Shown: positions 19,711-29,568 of the stretch, in pieces
Layout of the letters: the number at the start of each line of letters is the position of its first letter
Numbering within the stretch: the first letter of the stretch is position 1
From: Coriobacteriia bacterium
GTDB taxonomy: Bacteria > Actinomycetota > Coriobacteriia > Anaerosomatales > JAJZPX01
Assembly (NCBI GenBank): GCA_036504755.1
Contig: DASXUP010000023.1
Coordinates: 1,355-65,354, forward strand
DNA: 64,000 nt
Direction of reading: 5' to 3'
Notes under the pieces: model-generated
What the model saw: the letters and a program-made list of their open reading frames with translations, nothing else
Database searches by the model: none
Told to the model about the DNA's origin: nothing
Program-made: the position numbers and the translations under genes

Positions 19711-20076
19711 GTGGACACCTACTTCACGGACCTATCGGCCCTCGTTCTCGCCGGCCTGGGAGGCCTCCTCTTCGTCTCGGCGCTATACGGAGCGGTGAGG
19801 CTGCTCGCCCCCTCTCGGCCGTACGCGCTGAAGAACCAGACGTACGAGTGCGGCCACGACCCGCTCGGCCAACCGTGGGTGCCCTACCGCATCCAGTACT
19901 ACGCCTTCGCGATCATCTTCCTCATCTTCGACATCGAGACCGCGTTCTTCTACCCGGTCGCGCTGGCCTGGCGCCGGCTCGGCCCCGCCGCGCTCGTCGA
20001 GATCGCCGTGTTCGCCGGCATCCTGCTGGTCGGGCTGCTGTACGCGTGGAAGCGGGGTGTGCTCAAGTGGGACTGA
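19711..20076 (+). CDS. nuoA: NADH-quinone oxidoreductase subunit A
   Basis: YECGHDPLG...YYAFAIIFLIFDIETAFFYP signature. GTG 19711 is preferred (GGGGGA 6 nt upstream); the track ORF starts at 19684. Confidence 0.88.
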   Translation: MDTYFTDLSALVLAGLGGLLFVSALYGAVRLLAPSRPYALKNQTYECGHDPLGQPWVPYRIQYYAFAIIFLIFDIETAFFYPVALAWRRLGPAALVEIAVFAGILLVGLLYAWKRGVLKWD

Positions 20077-20642
20077 CCGATTCCGCCGAGCGCCCCGGCT
20101 TCATCCTGTCCACCGTAGACGCGCTGCTGCGCTGGGGGCGCTCGCACTCCATGTGGATCTGCAACGCCGGCTCGGCCTGCTGCTCCCTCGAGATGCTCGC
20201 GGCAGGAGGTCCCCGCTACGACATGGACCGCTTCGGCACCATGGTGCGCGCTAGCCCTCGGCAGTCGGACATCCTGGTCATCCCCGGTCCCATCACCAAG
20301 AAGATGGCGCCCGTCTTCACCCGCGTGTACAACCAGATGGCGGAGCCGCGCTGGGTCATAGCGATGGGCAGCTGCGCGATCACGGGCGGAGCGTTCCGCG
20401 AGAGCTACAGCATGACGAAGGGCGCCGACACCGTCCTGCCCGTGGACGTCTTCGTCCCCGGCTGCCCGGTCCGTCCGGAGGCGCTCATATACGCGCTGCT
20501 GCTGCTCCGCAAGAAGATCCAGACGACGACCACGGTGGGGGAGTCGCACCGCGAGCCCGTCTATCTCCCGCCCGTCCTGCCGCCCGAGTGGACGGCCGAG
20601 GTCGACGCCTTCCTCGGCGAGGGCGAGGTGTGCGCCGAGTGA
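20067..20642 (+). CDS. nuoB: NADH-quinone oxidoreductase subunit B
   Basis: GTG 20067 overlaps the nuoA 3' end by 10 nt. N2-cluster cysteines in [38 protein letters not shown]. Confidence 0.93.
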   Translation: MGLTDSAERPGFILSTVDALLRWGRSHSMWICNAGSACCSLEMLAAGGPRYDMDRFGTMVRASPRQSDILVIPGPITKKMAPVFTRVYNQMAEPRWVIAMGSCAITGGAFRESYSMTKGADTVLPVDVFVPGCPVRPEALIYALLLLRKKIQTTTTVGESHREPVYLPPVLPPEWTAEVDAFLGEGEVCAE

Positions 20643-20644
20643 CG

Positions 20645-21070
20645 ATGCCGGACCTCGCGGCCGTCGCGGCCGCGCACGCAGGCACGCTCGACACCTCTGG
20701 GTTCGACCCGCTGATCGTCGTGCCGCGCGAGAGCTGGCGCCAGCTCGCCGGAGCGCTCGCGGCGCGCGGCGTGTGGTTCTCGGACGTCACGTGCATGGAC
20801 CGCGGCGAGACGCTGGAGGTGGTCGCGCTGGTCTGCGCCTCCCCTACGGAACAGATCACTCTCAAGACCGTTCTGCCCGACGGCTACCTGGTCGTGGACT
20901 CGCTGTGGCCGGTGTGGCCGGGGGTCGACTGGCTCGAGCGCGAGGCATACGACATGTTCGGCGTGCGCTTCACCGGCCATCCCGACCTCACCCGCATCCT
21001 CATGTACGACGGTTTCGAGGGCCATCCGCTGCGCAAGGGCTTCCCTCTCGAGACCGAGGAGGAGGCATGA
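20645..21070 (+). CDS. nuoC: NADH-quinone oxidoreductase subunit C (short form)
   Basis: [36 protein letters not shown] signature. Start is ATG 20645, or GTG 20639 overlapping the nuoB stop. Confidence 0.88.
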   Translation: MPDLAAVAAAHAGTLDTSGFDPLIVVPRESWRQLAGALAARGVWFSDVTCMDRGETLEVVALVCASPTEQITLKTVLPDGYLVVDSLWPVWPGVDWLEREAYDMFGVRFTGHPDLTRILMYDGFEGHPLRKGFPLETEEEA

Positions 21071-22206
21071 TCGCCGACCACCCGCGCGTGGGCCACGTCA
21101 CGACGGGCGGCACCACCGAGAGCATCGTCCTCAACATGGGGCCGCAGCACCCGTCCATGCACGGGGTCATGCACATGCAGCTCGAGCTCTCGGGCGAGAC
21201 CGTGCTCGCCGCACGGCCGGTCATCGGCTACCTCCACCGCGGGATCGAGAAGCTCGCGGAGCACCGCACGTACGCGCAGTGCATGGTCCTGGTCGACCGG
21301 CTCGACTACATCAGCCAGTACAGCAACGAGTGGGCGTACTGCCGCGCTGTGGAGAAGCTCGCCGCGATCGAGGTCGCCGAGCGTGCGGAATGGCTCCGCA
21401 CGCTCTACGCCGAGCTGGTCCGCATCACGAGCCACCTGCTGTGGTGGACCTCGGTCGGGCTCGACCTCGGCGCTTTCACGCCGATGATCTACGCGATGCT
21501 GCCGCGCGAGCGCATCTTCGACTTCTTTGAGGCCACCACCGGGTCGCGGCTCATGCCCAACTACCTGCGCTTCGGCGGGGTGAAAGAGGACGTGGAGCAA
21601 GCCGAGCTCGACGGTATCCACGATTACCTCGCCGTTGACTACATGAAGCTGCTCGACGACTACGACACGCTCCTGTCCGGCAACGAGATCTTCATCTCGC
21701 GACAGGAGGGGCTCGCCCGGATCACCACCGAGCAGGCCGTGTCGTGGGGCGTCACCGGACCGATGCTGCGGGCGACGGGATGCCCCCGCGACCTGCGCAA
21801 GGACGCGAGGTACGGGGTGTACGACCAGCTCGACTGGGAGACCCAGACGGACACCCGGGGCGACGCCCTCGCCCGCTACACCGTGCGGGTGAAGGAGATG
21901 CGCGAGTCCGCGCGCATCGCGATGCAGTGCATCGAGCGCATGCCCGCGGGCGAGGTGCGCACGAAGGTCGCCAAGATTCTCAAGCCGCCGGAGGGCGAGG
22001 TGTACGTTCGCCACGAGTCCACGAGGGGCGAGCTGGGCATCTACATCGTCTCCGACGGGACGGCCAAGCCGTACCGCTTCCGAGTACACTCACCGGCGTT
22101 CATGAACGTCTCGGCGCTCCCGCACATGCTGCCGGGCGAGCACATCGCCAACTTCTTCGCGATCTTCGGCGGCGCGGACAACGTCATGGCGGAGATAGAC
22201 CGATGA
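21067..22206 (+). CDS. nuoD: NADH-quinone oxidoreductase subunit D
   Basis: ATG 21067 overlaps the nuoC stop (ATGA). [29 protein letters not shown]-terminal [15 protein letters not shown]. Confidence 0.95.
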   Translation: MIADHPRVGHVTTGGTTESIVLNMGPQHPSMHGVMHMQLELSGETVLAARPVIGYLHRGIEKLAEHRTYAQCMVLVDRLDYISQYSNEWAYCRAVEKLAAIEVAERAEWLRTLYAELVRITSHLLWWTSVGLDLGAFTPMIYAMLPRERIFDFFEATTGSRLMPNYLRFGGVKEDVEQAELDGIHDYLAVDYMKLLDDYDTLLSGNEIFISRQEGLARITTEQAVSWGVTGPMLRATGCPRDLRKDARYGVYDQLDWETQTDTRGDALARYTVRVKEMRESARIAMQCIERMPAGEVRTKVAKILKPPEGEVYVRHESTRGELGIYIVSDGTAKPYRFRVHSPAFMNVSALPHMLPGEHIANFFAIFGGADNVMAEIDR

Positions 22207-23171
22207 CGCCGCGCATGTTCGTCTTCCAGCTGCTCGGCGTCCTCGGCCTGATCGTGGTGCTGGGGCTCAACATCATCATCATGGACTGGTGGGAGCGCAA
22301 GCTCATCGGCCACATCCACGTCCGTCCCGGTCCCATGCACACCGGGTTCCACGGCATCCTTCAGCCCTTCGCCGACATGGTCAAGATGCTGGCGAAGGAG
22401 GACGTCGTCCCGACCGAGGCCGACAAGCTCTTCTTCTGGGCGGGCCCGATGATAGCCGTCGTCCCCGCGTTCCTGGCGATGGTGGTCCTGCCGCTCGCCC
22501 CCGGCTTCGTGCTGGCGGACATCGGACACGGGCTGTTCTTCGTCTTCGCGATGCAGACGATCATGCCGTTCGGGTTCACGCTCATCGGCTGGGCGGCGCA
22601 CAACAAGTGGTCCCTCGTGGGCGGGCTGCGCTCCGCGGCGCAGCTCATCAGTTACGAGATACCGATGCTGATCTCCGCGCTGGCGGTCGTGATGGTGGCG
22701 GGCTCCGCGCGGTTGACCGACATCGTCGACGCGCAGGCCACGGTCTGGTACGTGTTCAAGCTGCCGGTCGCGTTCGCGCTCTTCCTCGTCACGGCGGTGG
22801 CCGAGATGAACCGCACTCCCTTCGACATGACGGAAGCCGAGTCGGAGCTGGTCGCCGGCATCCACACGGAGTACGCGGGCATGAAGTTCGGGCTCGTGAT
22901 GATGGCAGAGTACACGGCGATGCTCGTGGGGAGCTGGATGATCGTGCTCTTGTTCCTCGGCGGGTGGAACTTGTGGCCGCTTCCGCCTTCGCCGCTGTGG
23001 GTCGTGCTCAAGGTGTACCTGCTGCAGAGCTTCATCGTGTGGCTGCGCGGGACCTACCCGCGTCTGCGCATGGACCGGATCATGGAGCTCAGCTGGAAGT
23101 ACCTCATCCCGGCGGCGCTCGCCAACCTGCTCGCCGTGGGCGTGCTCGTCATCGTGTTCAAGGGCTTCTAG
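22203..23171 (+). CDS. nuoH: NADH-quinone oxidoreductase subunit H
   Basis: ATG 22203 overlaps the nuoD stop (ATGA), leaving no room for nuoE/F/G. WERKLIGHIHVRPGPMHTGFHGILQPFADMVKMLAKED, and NRTPFDMTEAESELVAG. Confidence 0.95.
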   Translation: MTPRMFVFQLLGVLGLIVVLGLNIIIMDWWERKLIGHIHVRPGPMHTGFHGILQPFADMVKMLAKEDVVPTEADKLFFWAGPMIAVVPAFLAMVVLPLAPGFVLADIGHGLFFVFAMQTIMPFGFTLIGWAAHNKWSLVGGLRSAAQLISYEIPMLISALAVVMVAGSARLTDIVDAQATVWYVFKLPVAFALFLVTAVAEMNRTPFDMTEAESELVAGIHTEYAGMKFGLVMMAEYTAMLVGSWMIVLLFLGGWNLWPLPPSPLWVVLKVYLLQSFIVWLRGTYPRLRMDRIMELSWKYLIPAALANLLAVGVLVIVFKGF

Positions 23172-23183
23172 GAAGGAGGGGAC

Positions 23184-23654
23184 ATGTTCGGAGAGGGGCT
23201 CGTCAAGGGACTCGGCGTCACCGGCAAGCGCATGATCGGCCGCGGCGTGTGCGACATGTACCCCTACAAGCGGCGCGTCCTGCCGCCGAAGAGCCGCATC
23301 TTCCTGTCGATGCGCGCCACCCCCGACGGCATGCCGAAGTGCCAGTCGTGCCTGACCTGCCAGCAGACCTGCCCCGACCACGTCATCCGGATCGAACGCG
23401 ACCCCGAGGACCGGAAGCGCGCGCTGTCGTTCACGGTGGACTCCGGGCGATGCACCTTCTGCGGGATGTGCGAGGAGGCGTGCCCCTACGACGCGCTGGT
23501 GTTCACCCAGGACTTCGAGCGCGCCACCTTCGAGAAGGGCACCCTGACGTACCGACTGATAGACGCCGGGATCGCCACCGAGTCGTGCGTCACGGCGTCG
23601 GCCGAGGAGCAGCCCGTCCACGCGTCCGCCGAGGGAGGCCGGGATGCCGGATAG
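23184..23654 (+). CDS. nuoI: NADH-quinone oxidoreductase subunit I (2x[4Fe-4S])
   Basis: Two ferredoxin-type motifs: CQSCLTCQQTCP and CTFCGMCEEACP. Confidence 0.92.
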   Translation: MFGEGLVKGLGVTGKRMIGRGVCDMYPYKRRVLPPKSRIFLSMRATPDGMPKCQSCLTCQQTCPDHVIRIERDPEDRKRALSFTVDSGRCTFCGMCEEACPYDALVFTQDFERATFEKGTLTYRLIDAGIATESCVTASAEEQPVHASAEGGRDAG

Positions 23655-24153
23655 CGTGCCGGGCGGCGCATATGTGGTGTTCTTCCTGCTCGCAGCCGGC
23701 GCTGTCGGCTTCTCGCTCGCTATGCTCTTCTCGCGCAACTTCGTGCACTCGGCCGCCTACCTCGCCGCGGCACTCCTCGCGTTCGCGGGCCTCAACGCGC
23801 TGCTGGGAGCGACGTTCCTGGCGATGCTCCAGGTGTTCATCTACGCCGGGGCCGTGACGGTGGTGGTGGTCTTCGTCGTCATGATGACCCGGGTGGGGGT
23901 CGCGGACTGGCGCGCGCTGCTGCAGCCGCAATCCAAGCTGGCGGCCGCCGTCGTGGTCGTGTTCGGGATCGGCCTGCTCAACGCGCTCGCGGGGTTCGTG
24001 CCCGCGCTGGCCTCGCCGAAGGCACCCGTGACCACGCGGACGATCGCCGAGCTGCTGCTGAAGGAGTACGCCGCCCCGTTCGAGATCAGCTCGCTGATCC
24101 TGCTGGCCGCGCTCATCGGCGCGATCTACCTGGCGAAGGAGGCGAGGCAGTGA
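23644..24153 (+). CDS. nuoJ: NADH-quinone oxidoreductase subunit J
   Basis: 169-aa polytopic membrane protein between nuoI and nuoK. FLAMLQVFIYAGAVTVVVVFVVMM is typical of NuoJ. The start (ATG 23644 or GTG 23656) overlaps or abuts the nuoI stop. Confidence 0.85.
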   Translation: MPDSVPGGAYVVFFLLAAGAVGFSLAMLFSRNFVHSAAYLAAALLAFAGLNALLGATFLAMLQVFIYAGAVTVVVVFVVMMTRVGVADWRALLQPQSKLAAAVVVVFGIGLLNALAGFVPALASPKAPVTTRTIAELLLKEYAAPFEISSLILLAALIGAIYLAKEARQ

Positions 24154-24461
24154 TCCCGGCCTCCTGGTTCCTCGCTCTGGGGGCGATCGTGTTCTTGATA
24201 GCGCTGTTCGGCTTCCTCACGCGGCGCAGCCTCATCCAGTCGCTGATGTGCCTCGAGCTGATGCTGTCGTCGGTGAACCTCACGTTCGTGACCTTCGGCC
24301 GGACCGTCGGCGACCCGGCGGCGAGTGGCGTGACGTTCGCGCTGTTCGCGATGGTGGTCGGAGCCGCCGAGATCGGCGTAGGGCTGGCGCTCGTGCTCGT
24401 GTTCTTCCGAGAGGGCCATGCGAACGTCACCTCGGACGACCTGGACATCCTGAAGGGGTGA
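24150..24461 (+). CDS. nuoK: NADH-quinone oxidoreductase subunit K
   Basis: GTG 24150 overlaps the nuoJ stop (GTGA). 103 aa with 3 TM helices. LMCLELMLSSVNL and VGAAEIGVGLALV. Confidence 0.9.
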   Translation: MIPASWFLALGAIVFLIALFGFLTRRSLIQSLMCLELMLSSVNLTFVTFGRTVGDPAASGVTFALFAMVVGAAEIGVGLALVLVFFREGHANVTSDDLDILKG

Positions 24462-24463
24462 GC

Positions 24464-26554
24464 ATGCCGCTGTGGCTGACAGCCGTCCTCGTGCCCGCCA
24501 TGCCGGCGGCGTGCTTCGTCGTGCTGACGGTGTTGAGGCGGCGTCTGGGCGAGCGCGCGGGATACGTCGCGATCGGCGCGCTGGCCGTGTCGCTCACAGC
24601 GTGCGTGGCGCTGTTCGCGCGCGCGCTCGGGCTCGCGGGCGCGGACGAGCCGCTCGTTCACGTCTCCATGCCGTGGGCCGTCGTCGGCGGCCGCGTGCTG
24701 GACTTCGGAGTGCTCATCGACGGACTGTCCGCGTCGGTGATGCTCATGATCGGCATCGTCGCGACGATGGTCGTCGTCTACGCCGTCGGCTACATGCACG
24801 GAGACGAGCGCTTCGCGTGGTTCTTCGCCGTGATCTCGCTGTTCACGGCGTCGATGTTCGGGCTGGTGTCCGCGTCCAACCTCCTGCAGATCATGGTGTT
24901 CTGGGAGGTCATGGGGGTGTGCAGCTATCTGCTGATCGGCTTCTGGTACGAACGGCCGGAAGCGCGCAGCGCTTCGATCAAGGCGTTCCTCACCACCCGC
25001 GTGGGCGACATGGGCTTCCTCACCGGCGTGATCCTGCTCTTCGTGCGCTACCACACTCTCGACCTGCCCGCGCTCTTCCGCGCGGCCGAGGAGGCGCCCG
25101 ACCGCCTGTTCCTCACGGTGGCGTGCCTGCTGCTCTTCGTCGGCGCGGTGGGGAAGTCCGCCCAGTTCCCACTCTACTTCTGGCTGCCTCACGCCATGGC
25201 GGGACCGACGCCCGTCTCCGGCCTGCTGCACTCCGCGACGATGGTGGCCGCGGGCGTCTTCCTCGTCGCCCGAACGTACCCGCTGTTCGAGGCGGCGCAC
25301 TACGCCCTGCCGTTCCTCGCCGCGGCGGGGCTGTTCACGGCCACGTTCGGCGCGCTGCTCGCGCTGACGGAGACCGACATCAAGCGCACGCTCGCGTACT
25401 CCACCATGAGCCAGCTCGGCTACATGATGGGAGCTCTGGGCGTCGGCGGACTCGTGGCCGCCGTGTTCCACCTCATCACGCACGCGTTCTTCAAGAGCCT
25501 GCTCTTCCTCGGCGCGGGATCCGTCATACACGGCTCCGGCACCCAGGACGTGCGGGAGATGGGCGGGTTGGCCAAGACGATGCCGAGGACGGCCGCGACG
25601 TTCCTCGTCGCCACGTGCGCGATCGCCGGCCTCCCGCCGCTCGCAGGCTTCTTCTCGAAGGATGCCATCCTCGTCGCCCTCTGGGGCGGGAAGGAAGTGG
25701 GGCAGCCGCTCGCCTTGCTGCTGTTCGTCGGCGGCCTGCTGACCGCCGTGCTCACCGCGTTCTACATGTTCCGGCTGTACTTCACGGTGTTCCTCGGGGA
25801 GGAGAAGTCGCACGCGCACGAGTCGCCCCCGATCATGACCGCGCCGCTCGTGGCGCTGTCGGTCCTCACCCTGTTCGCGGGAGCGGCCAACCTGCCTTGG
25901 GGGCATCCTGTCCTCGCCGGGCTCGTCGCGCCCAAGGAGCACGAGGAGTTCGTCTGGTGGCTTATGGCCATGTCCATCGTCGCCGCGTCGGGCGGCGTGT
26001 ACGTCGCGTGGTCGCAGCACAAGACGCGGCTCGGCGCGGTGTACGGTCTCGAGCGCTACGTGGTCTACGAGCGAGGACAGGGGCACTACCTCGAGCGCAT
26101 GTACGGCTTCGCCTTCATCAAGCCCGTGTTCGCGCTCTCCGAGTTCCTCCGCAACCTCGATTTCGACCGCCTGATCGCGGCCCTCGTCGTCGACCCGGTG
26201 TTCCGAGTGAGCGACGCGCTCCGCGGCGCCGACATCGACGCGGTCTACACCAGCGTCTTCGTCAACGGCACCACGAAGGCGGCCGAGAGCCTCGCCGCGT
26301 TCGACGGCGGGGTCGTGGACCGAGGCTTCGGGATCGTAGGCCGAGCATGGCTCACCCTCGCACGCTCGTTCGAGAGGATCGACCTGCGCGGGGTGGACCG
26401 CACGGTCGACGGCGTGGGGGAGACGGTCCAGCGCCTCGGCCGGGAGTTGCGGCGGTGGCAGACCGGCTTCGTCGCCAACTACGCGCTGCTGATGCTGGGC
26501 CTCGGCGCGCTCATCTTCTACCTGGCGTACTGGTTCACGAGGGGGCAGTCATAG
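24464..26554 (+). CDS. nuoL: NADH-quinone oxidoreductase subunit L (antiporter-like)
   Basis: MVFWEVMGVCSYLLIGFWY, GAVGKSAQFPLYFWLPHAMAGPTPVSGLLHSATMVAAGVFL. 696 aa. Only the 3' in-frame part of track ORF 24248..26554 is this gene. Confidence 0.93.
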   Translation: MPLWLTAVLVPAMPAACFVVLTVLRRRLGERAGYVAIGALAVSLTACVALFARALGLAGADEPLVHVSMPWAVVGGRVLDFGVLIDGLSASVMLMIGIVATMVVVYAVGYMHGDERFAWFFAVISLFTASMFGLVSASNLLQIMVFWEVMGVCSYLLIGFWYERPEARSASIKAFLTTRVGDMGFLTGVILLFVRYHTLDLPALFRAAEEAPDRLFLTVACLLLFVGAVGKSAQFPLYFWLPHAMAGPTPVSGLLHSATMVAAGVFLVARTYPLFEAAHYALPFLAAAGLFTATFGALLALTETDIKRTLAYSTMSQLGYMMGALGVGGLVAAVFHLITHAFFKSLLFLGAGSVIHGSGTQDVREMGGLAKTMPRTAATFLVATCAIAGLPPLAGFFSKDAILVALWGGKEVGQPLALLLFVGGLLTAVLTAFYMFRLYFTVFLGEEKSHAHESPPIMTAPLVALSVLTLFAGAANLPWGHPVLAGLVAPKEHEEFVWWLMAMSIVAASGGVYVAWSQHKTRLGAVYGLERYVVYERGQGHYLERMYGFAFIKPVFALSEFLRNLDFDRLIAALVVDPVFRVSDALRGADIDAVYTSVFVNGTTKAAESLAAFDGGVVDRGFGIVGRAWLTLARSFERIDLRGVDRTVDGVGETVQRLGRELRRWQTGFVANYALLMLGLGALIFYLAYWFTRGQS

Positions 26555-28047
26555 TGAGCAACGTACCGTACCTGTCCGTCCTGATCGCGCTGCCGGTGGC
26601 GGTGTGTCTCGCGCTGCTGGTCATCCCGGCGGCCCAAGAGCGCCTCGTCCGGCTGACCGCGCTCGCCGGCACAGGCGTCATCTTCGCCTGGAACGTGCTC
26701 ATACTCACGCTGTATCGCCCCGGCGGAGGGATGCAGCTGGAGGAGAACCACGCCTGGGTGCCGGTGATAGGCATGCGGTACCACCTCGGCATCGACGGGC
26801 TGTCGCTGCCGCTGGTGCTCCTCGCCACCATGCTGCCGCTGCTCTGCGTCATCTTCTCCTGGCGTCAGGACGCACAGCCGAAGACGTTCTTCTTCCTGAT
26901 CGTGCTGCTCCAGGTGGGAATGATCGGCGTCTTCCTCGCACTCGACTACGTCCTGTTCTACGTCTTCTGGGAGATCGTGCTCGTCCCGATGTTCTTCCTC
27001 ATCAACATCTGGGGCGGCGACAGGCGGAGGTACGCGGCCGTCAAGTTCTTCATCTTCACGCTCGTGGGATCCGTGGTGATGCTGCTCGGCATCCTGCTGT
27101 TGTGGTTCTACGGGCCGAAGGAGCGGACGTTCGACATCCTCACACTCATGAGGTACGGCCAGGCGGGCGGATACGCATCCCAGCTCCAGATGTGGATATT
27201 CGCAGCGCTGTTCCTCGGTTTCGCCGTCAAGGTGCCGATCTTCCCGTTCCACACGTGGCTTCCGGACGCGCACGTCGAGGCCCCGACCGTCGGGTCGGTC
27301 CTCCTCGCCGGCGTGCTGCTCAAGATGGGCGGCTACGGGTTCCTTCGGATGGCCCTGCCGACTCTGCCGGAGGCGTTCAAGGGTGGATGGGGTACGGCGC
27401 TGGCCGTCCTCGGTGTCGTCAACATCGTGTACGGTGCCGCGCTCGCCCTGACACAGAAAGACCTCAAGAAGATGGTCGCGTACAGCTCCATCGGACACAT
27501 GGGGTTCGTCGTGCTCGGCATCGCGGCGGGTACGGCGGCGGGTGTCGACGGCGCCGCGCTGCAGATGTTCACGCACGGCATCATCACCGGGATGCTGTTC
27601 TTCCTGGTAGGGATGATCTACGAGCGCTACCACACGAAGGAGCTCGCGAAGCTCCGCGGTCTCATGACCGAGGTGCCGACGCTGTCGGTGGTGCTGGTCT
27701 TCGCGAGCTTCGCCTCACTCGGCCTGCCGGGGCTGGCCGGGTTCGTCGGCGAGTTCCTGTCGCTCATGGGCGGCTTCGAACGGTATCCGTACATCGCCAT
27801 GTTCGCCGTCATAGGCATCGTGCTCACCGCAGCGTACTTCCTCCGCATGCTCCAGCAGATAGTCTTCTCGCCACGCACGCCGGACGTCGCGCTCGCGTGC
27901 GCCCAGCCGTACGACGCACGGCCGAACGAGATGGTCGCGCTCATCCCGCTCATGAGCTTCGCGCTCTTCCTCGGCGTGTATCCGCACCCGTTCCTTCAGA
28001 TCCTCGACCCGGCGGCTTCAGCCATCGCGAAGGCGCTCGGAGGTTAG
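26554..28047 (+). CDS. nuoM: NADH-quinone oxidoreductase subunit M (antiporter-like)
   Basis: GTG 26554 shares one base with the nuoL TAG. FYVFWEIVLVPMFFLI, FAVKVPIFPFHTWLPDAHVEAPTVGSVLLAGVLLKMGGYG. Confidence 0.93.
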   Translation: MSNVPYLSVLIALPVAVCLALLVIPAAQERLVRLTALAGTGVIFAWNVLILTLYRPGGGMQLEENHAWVPVIGMRYHLGIDGLSLPLVLLATMLPLLCVIFSWRQDAQPKTFFFLIVLLQVGMIGVFLALDYVLFYVFWEIVLVPMFFLINIWGGDRRRYAAVKFFIFTLVGSVVMLLGILLLWFYGPKERTFDILTLMRYGQAGGYASQLQMWIFAALFLGFAVKVPIFPFHTWLPDAHVEAPTVGSVLLAGVLLKMGGYGFLRMALPTLPEAFKGGWGTALAVLGVVNIVYGAALALTQKDLKKMVAYSSIGHMGFVVLGIAAGTAAGVDGAALQMFTHGIITGMLFFLVGMIYERYHTKELAKLRGLMTEVPTLSVVLVFASFASLGLPGLAGFVGEFLSLMGGFERYPYIAMFAVIGIVLTAAYFLRMLQQIVFSPRTPDVALACAQPYDARPNEMVALIPLMSFALFLGVYPHPFLQILDPAASAIAKALGG

Positions 28048-28051
28048 CGGC

Positions 28052-29473
28052 GTGACGTCCTCACTCATAGCGTTCTCGCCGGAGATCCTGCTGACCGCGT
28101 GCGCACTGGGACTGATCTGCTTCGACGTGCTGCTCCCGGAACGTAAGGCGACGGTCCGCTGGATCGCACTCGGTTCCGTACTCGCGGCGATCGCGGCCTC
28201 GGGGTGGGTCGCCATGAACGCCGCGGCGTTGTACGGCACCCATTTCGAGGGCGCACTCGTGCTCGACGCTCACACCACTTTCGCGCGCCTTCTGTTCGGA
28301 ACGGCCGGAGCGCTCGTCATCCTCGCGAGCTGGGACTTCTACGCCGATCGCAGCGTCGCCGAGTACTTCGCGCTCTTCCTGTTCTCGCTGCTGGGCGAGA
28401 TCGTGATCGTGGCGGGCACGTCGCTGCTGATGCTCTTCATCGGGATCGAACTGCTGGCGATCCCGACGTACGCGCTCGTCGCGCTGCTCAAGCAGCAGGA
28501 GATGGCGGTCGAGGCCGGTCTCAAGTACTTCCTGCTCGGCATGTTCGCCTCGGTCGTCATGCTCTACGGCGTGTCGCTGTTGTACGGTGCGCTGCACACG
28601 GTCAGCTACCTGCAGCCGCTGTTCGTGGCGCCCGGCACGCTCACTCCGGCGGTGCGAGGGCTCGTGCTGTTCGGCTTCTTCTTCCTCATGATGGGCGTCG
28701 GCTTCAAGATCACCGCGTTCCCGTTCCACTTTTGGAGCCCGGACGTGTACGCCGGCGGCTCGACGCCCGTGATCGCATACGTCTCGACGATCCCGAAGGT
28801 CGCCATCATGCTGGCCCTCTTCCGCATCCTCGGCCCGGCCTTCGCATCCGAGTGGGCGGCGGGCCGCGCCTTCATCGCCGCCCTGGCGGTGCTGTCGATG
28901 GTGTACGGCAACGTGGTGGCGCTGATGCAGGACGACGTGCGCCGCATGCTGGCGTATTCCGGCGTGGCCAACACCGGCTACATGCTGGTCGCGCTGGCGG
29001 CGGGCGGGGAGGACAGCTACGCCGCCCTGCTGTTCTTCCTCGTCGTCTACACGTTCACGAACCTCGGCGCGTTCTTCGTCGTGCTGGCCGTCAGCGGTCA
29101 GGAGCGAGCGACGCTCGACGACTTCGGGGGCTTGGGAAGGCGAGGCCCGTCGCTCGCGTTCGCGATGGCGATCTTCATGTTCTCGCTCGCCGGCACGCCC
29201 CCTCTGGCCGGCTTCTTCGGCAAGTTCGCGCTCTTCCGCGCGGCGGTCGTGCACGGCTACTGGTACCTCGCGCTGATAGCGCTGCTGACGACCGTGGTCT
29301 CCGTGGGCTACTACCTGAAGGTGGCGCAGGAGATGTACGGCGGCGACTACGCGCTCTCCGCGCCCGGCGCCCAGCTGGCGCGCGTCGCCGCACCGCCGAC
29401 GCTGCGGCTCGCGATCGCGCTGACCGCAGTGGCGACGGTGCTTCTCGGCGTCGTGGGCGTCCGCTTCATGTGA
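28052..29473 (+). CDS. nuoN: NADH-quinone oxidoreductase subunit N (antiporter-like)
   Basis: MLFIGIELLAIPTYALV, GFKITAFPFHFWSPDVYAGGSTPVIAYVSTIPK. Confidence 0.92.
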   Translation: MTSSLIAFSPEILLTACALGLICFDVLLPERKATVRWIALGSVLAAIAASGWVAMNAAALYGTHFEGALVLDAHTTFARLLFGTAGALVILASWDFYADRSVAEYFALFLFSLLGEIVIVAGTSLLMLFIGIELLAIPTYALVALLKQQEMAVEAGLKYFLLGMFASVVMLYGVSLLYGALHTVSYLQPLFVAPGTLTPAVRGLVLFGFFFLMMGVGFKITAFPFHFWSPDVYAGGSTPVIAYVSTIPKVAIMLALFRILGPAFASEWAAGRAFIAALAVLSMVYGNVVALMQDDVRRMLAYSGVANTGYMLVALAAGGEDSYAALLFFLVVYTFTNLGAFFVVLAVSGQERATLDDFGGLGRRGPSLAFAMAIFMFSLAGTPPLAGFFGKFALFRAAVVHGYWYLALIALLTTVVSVGYYLKVAQEMYGGDYALSAPGAQLARVAAPPTLRLAIALTAVATVLLGVVGVRFM

Positions 29474-29568
29474 CCCTCGCTCCGCCTCTCCCCACCTGCG
29501 CTTCTGGTATCCTCTGCTCCAAGCGGCGCGCCGGGGGCGCGTCCTCGGCTGAGAGAGGTCGCGAGTAG

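Noticed and set aside
22203-22206. Hidden or degraded nuoE/F/G between nuoD and nuoH, or in alternative frames of the nuo operon.
   Set aside because: The nuoD stop and nuoH start overlap (ATGA). The alternative-frame ORFs across the operon translate to Arg/Gly/Pro-rich junk without the NuoE/F/G Fe-S or FMN motifs.
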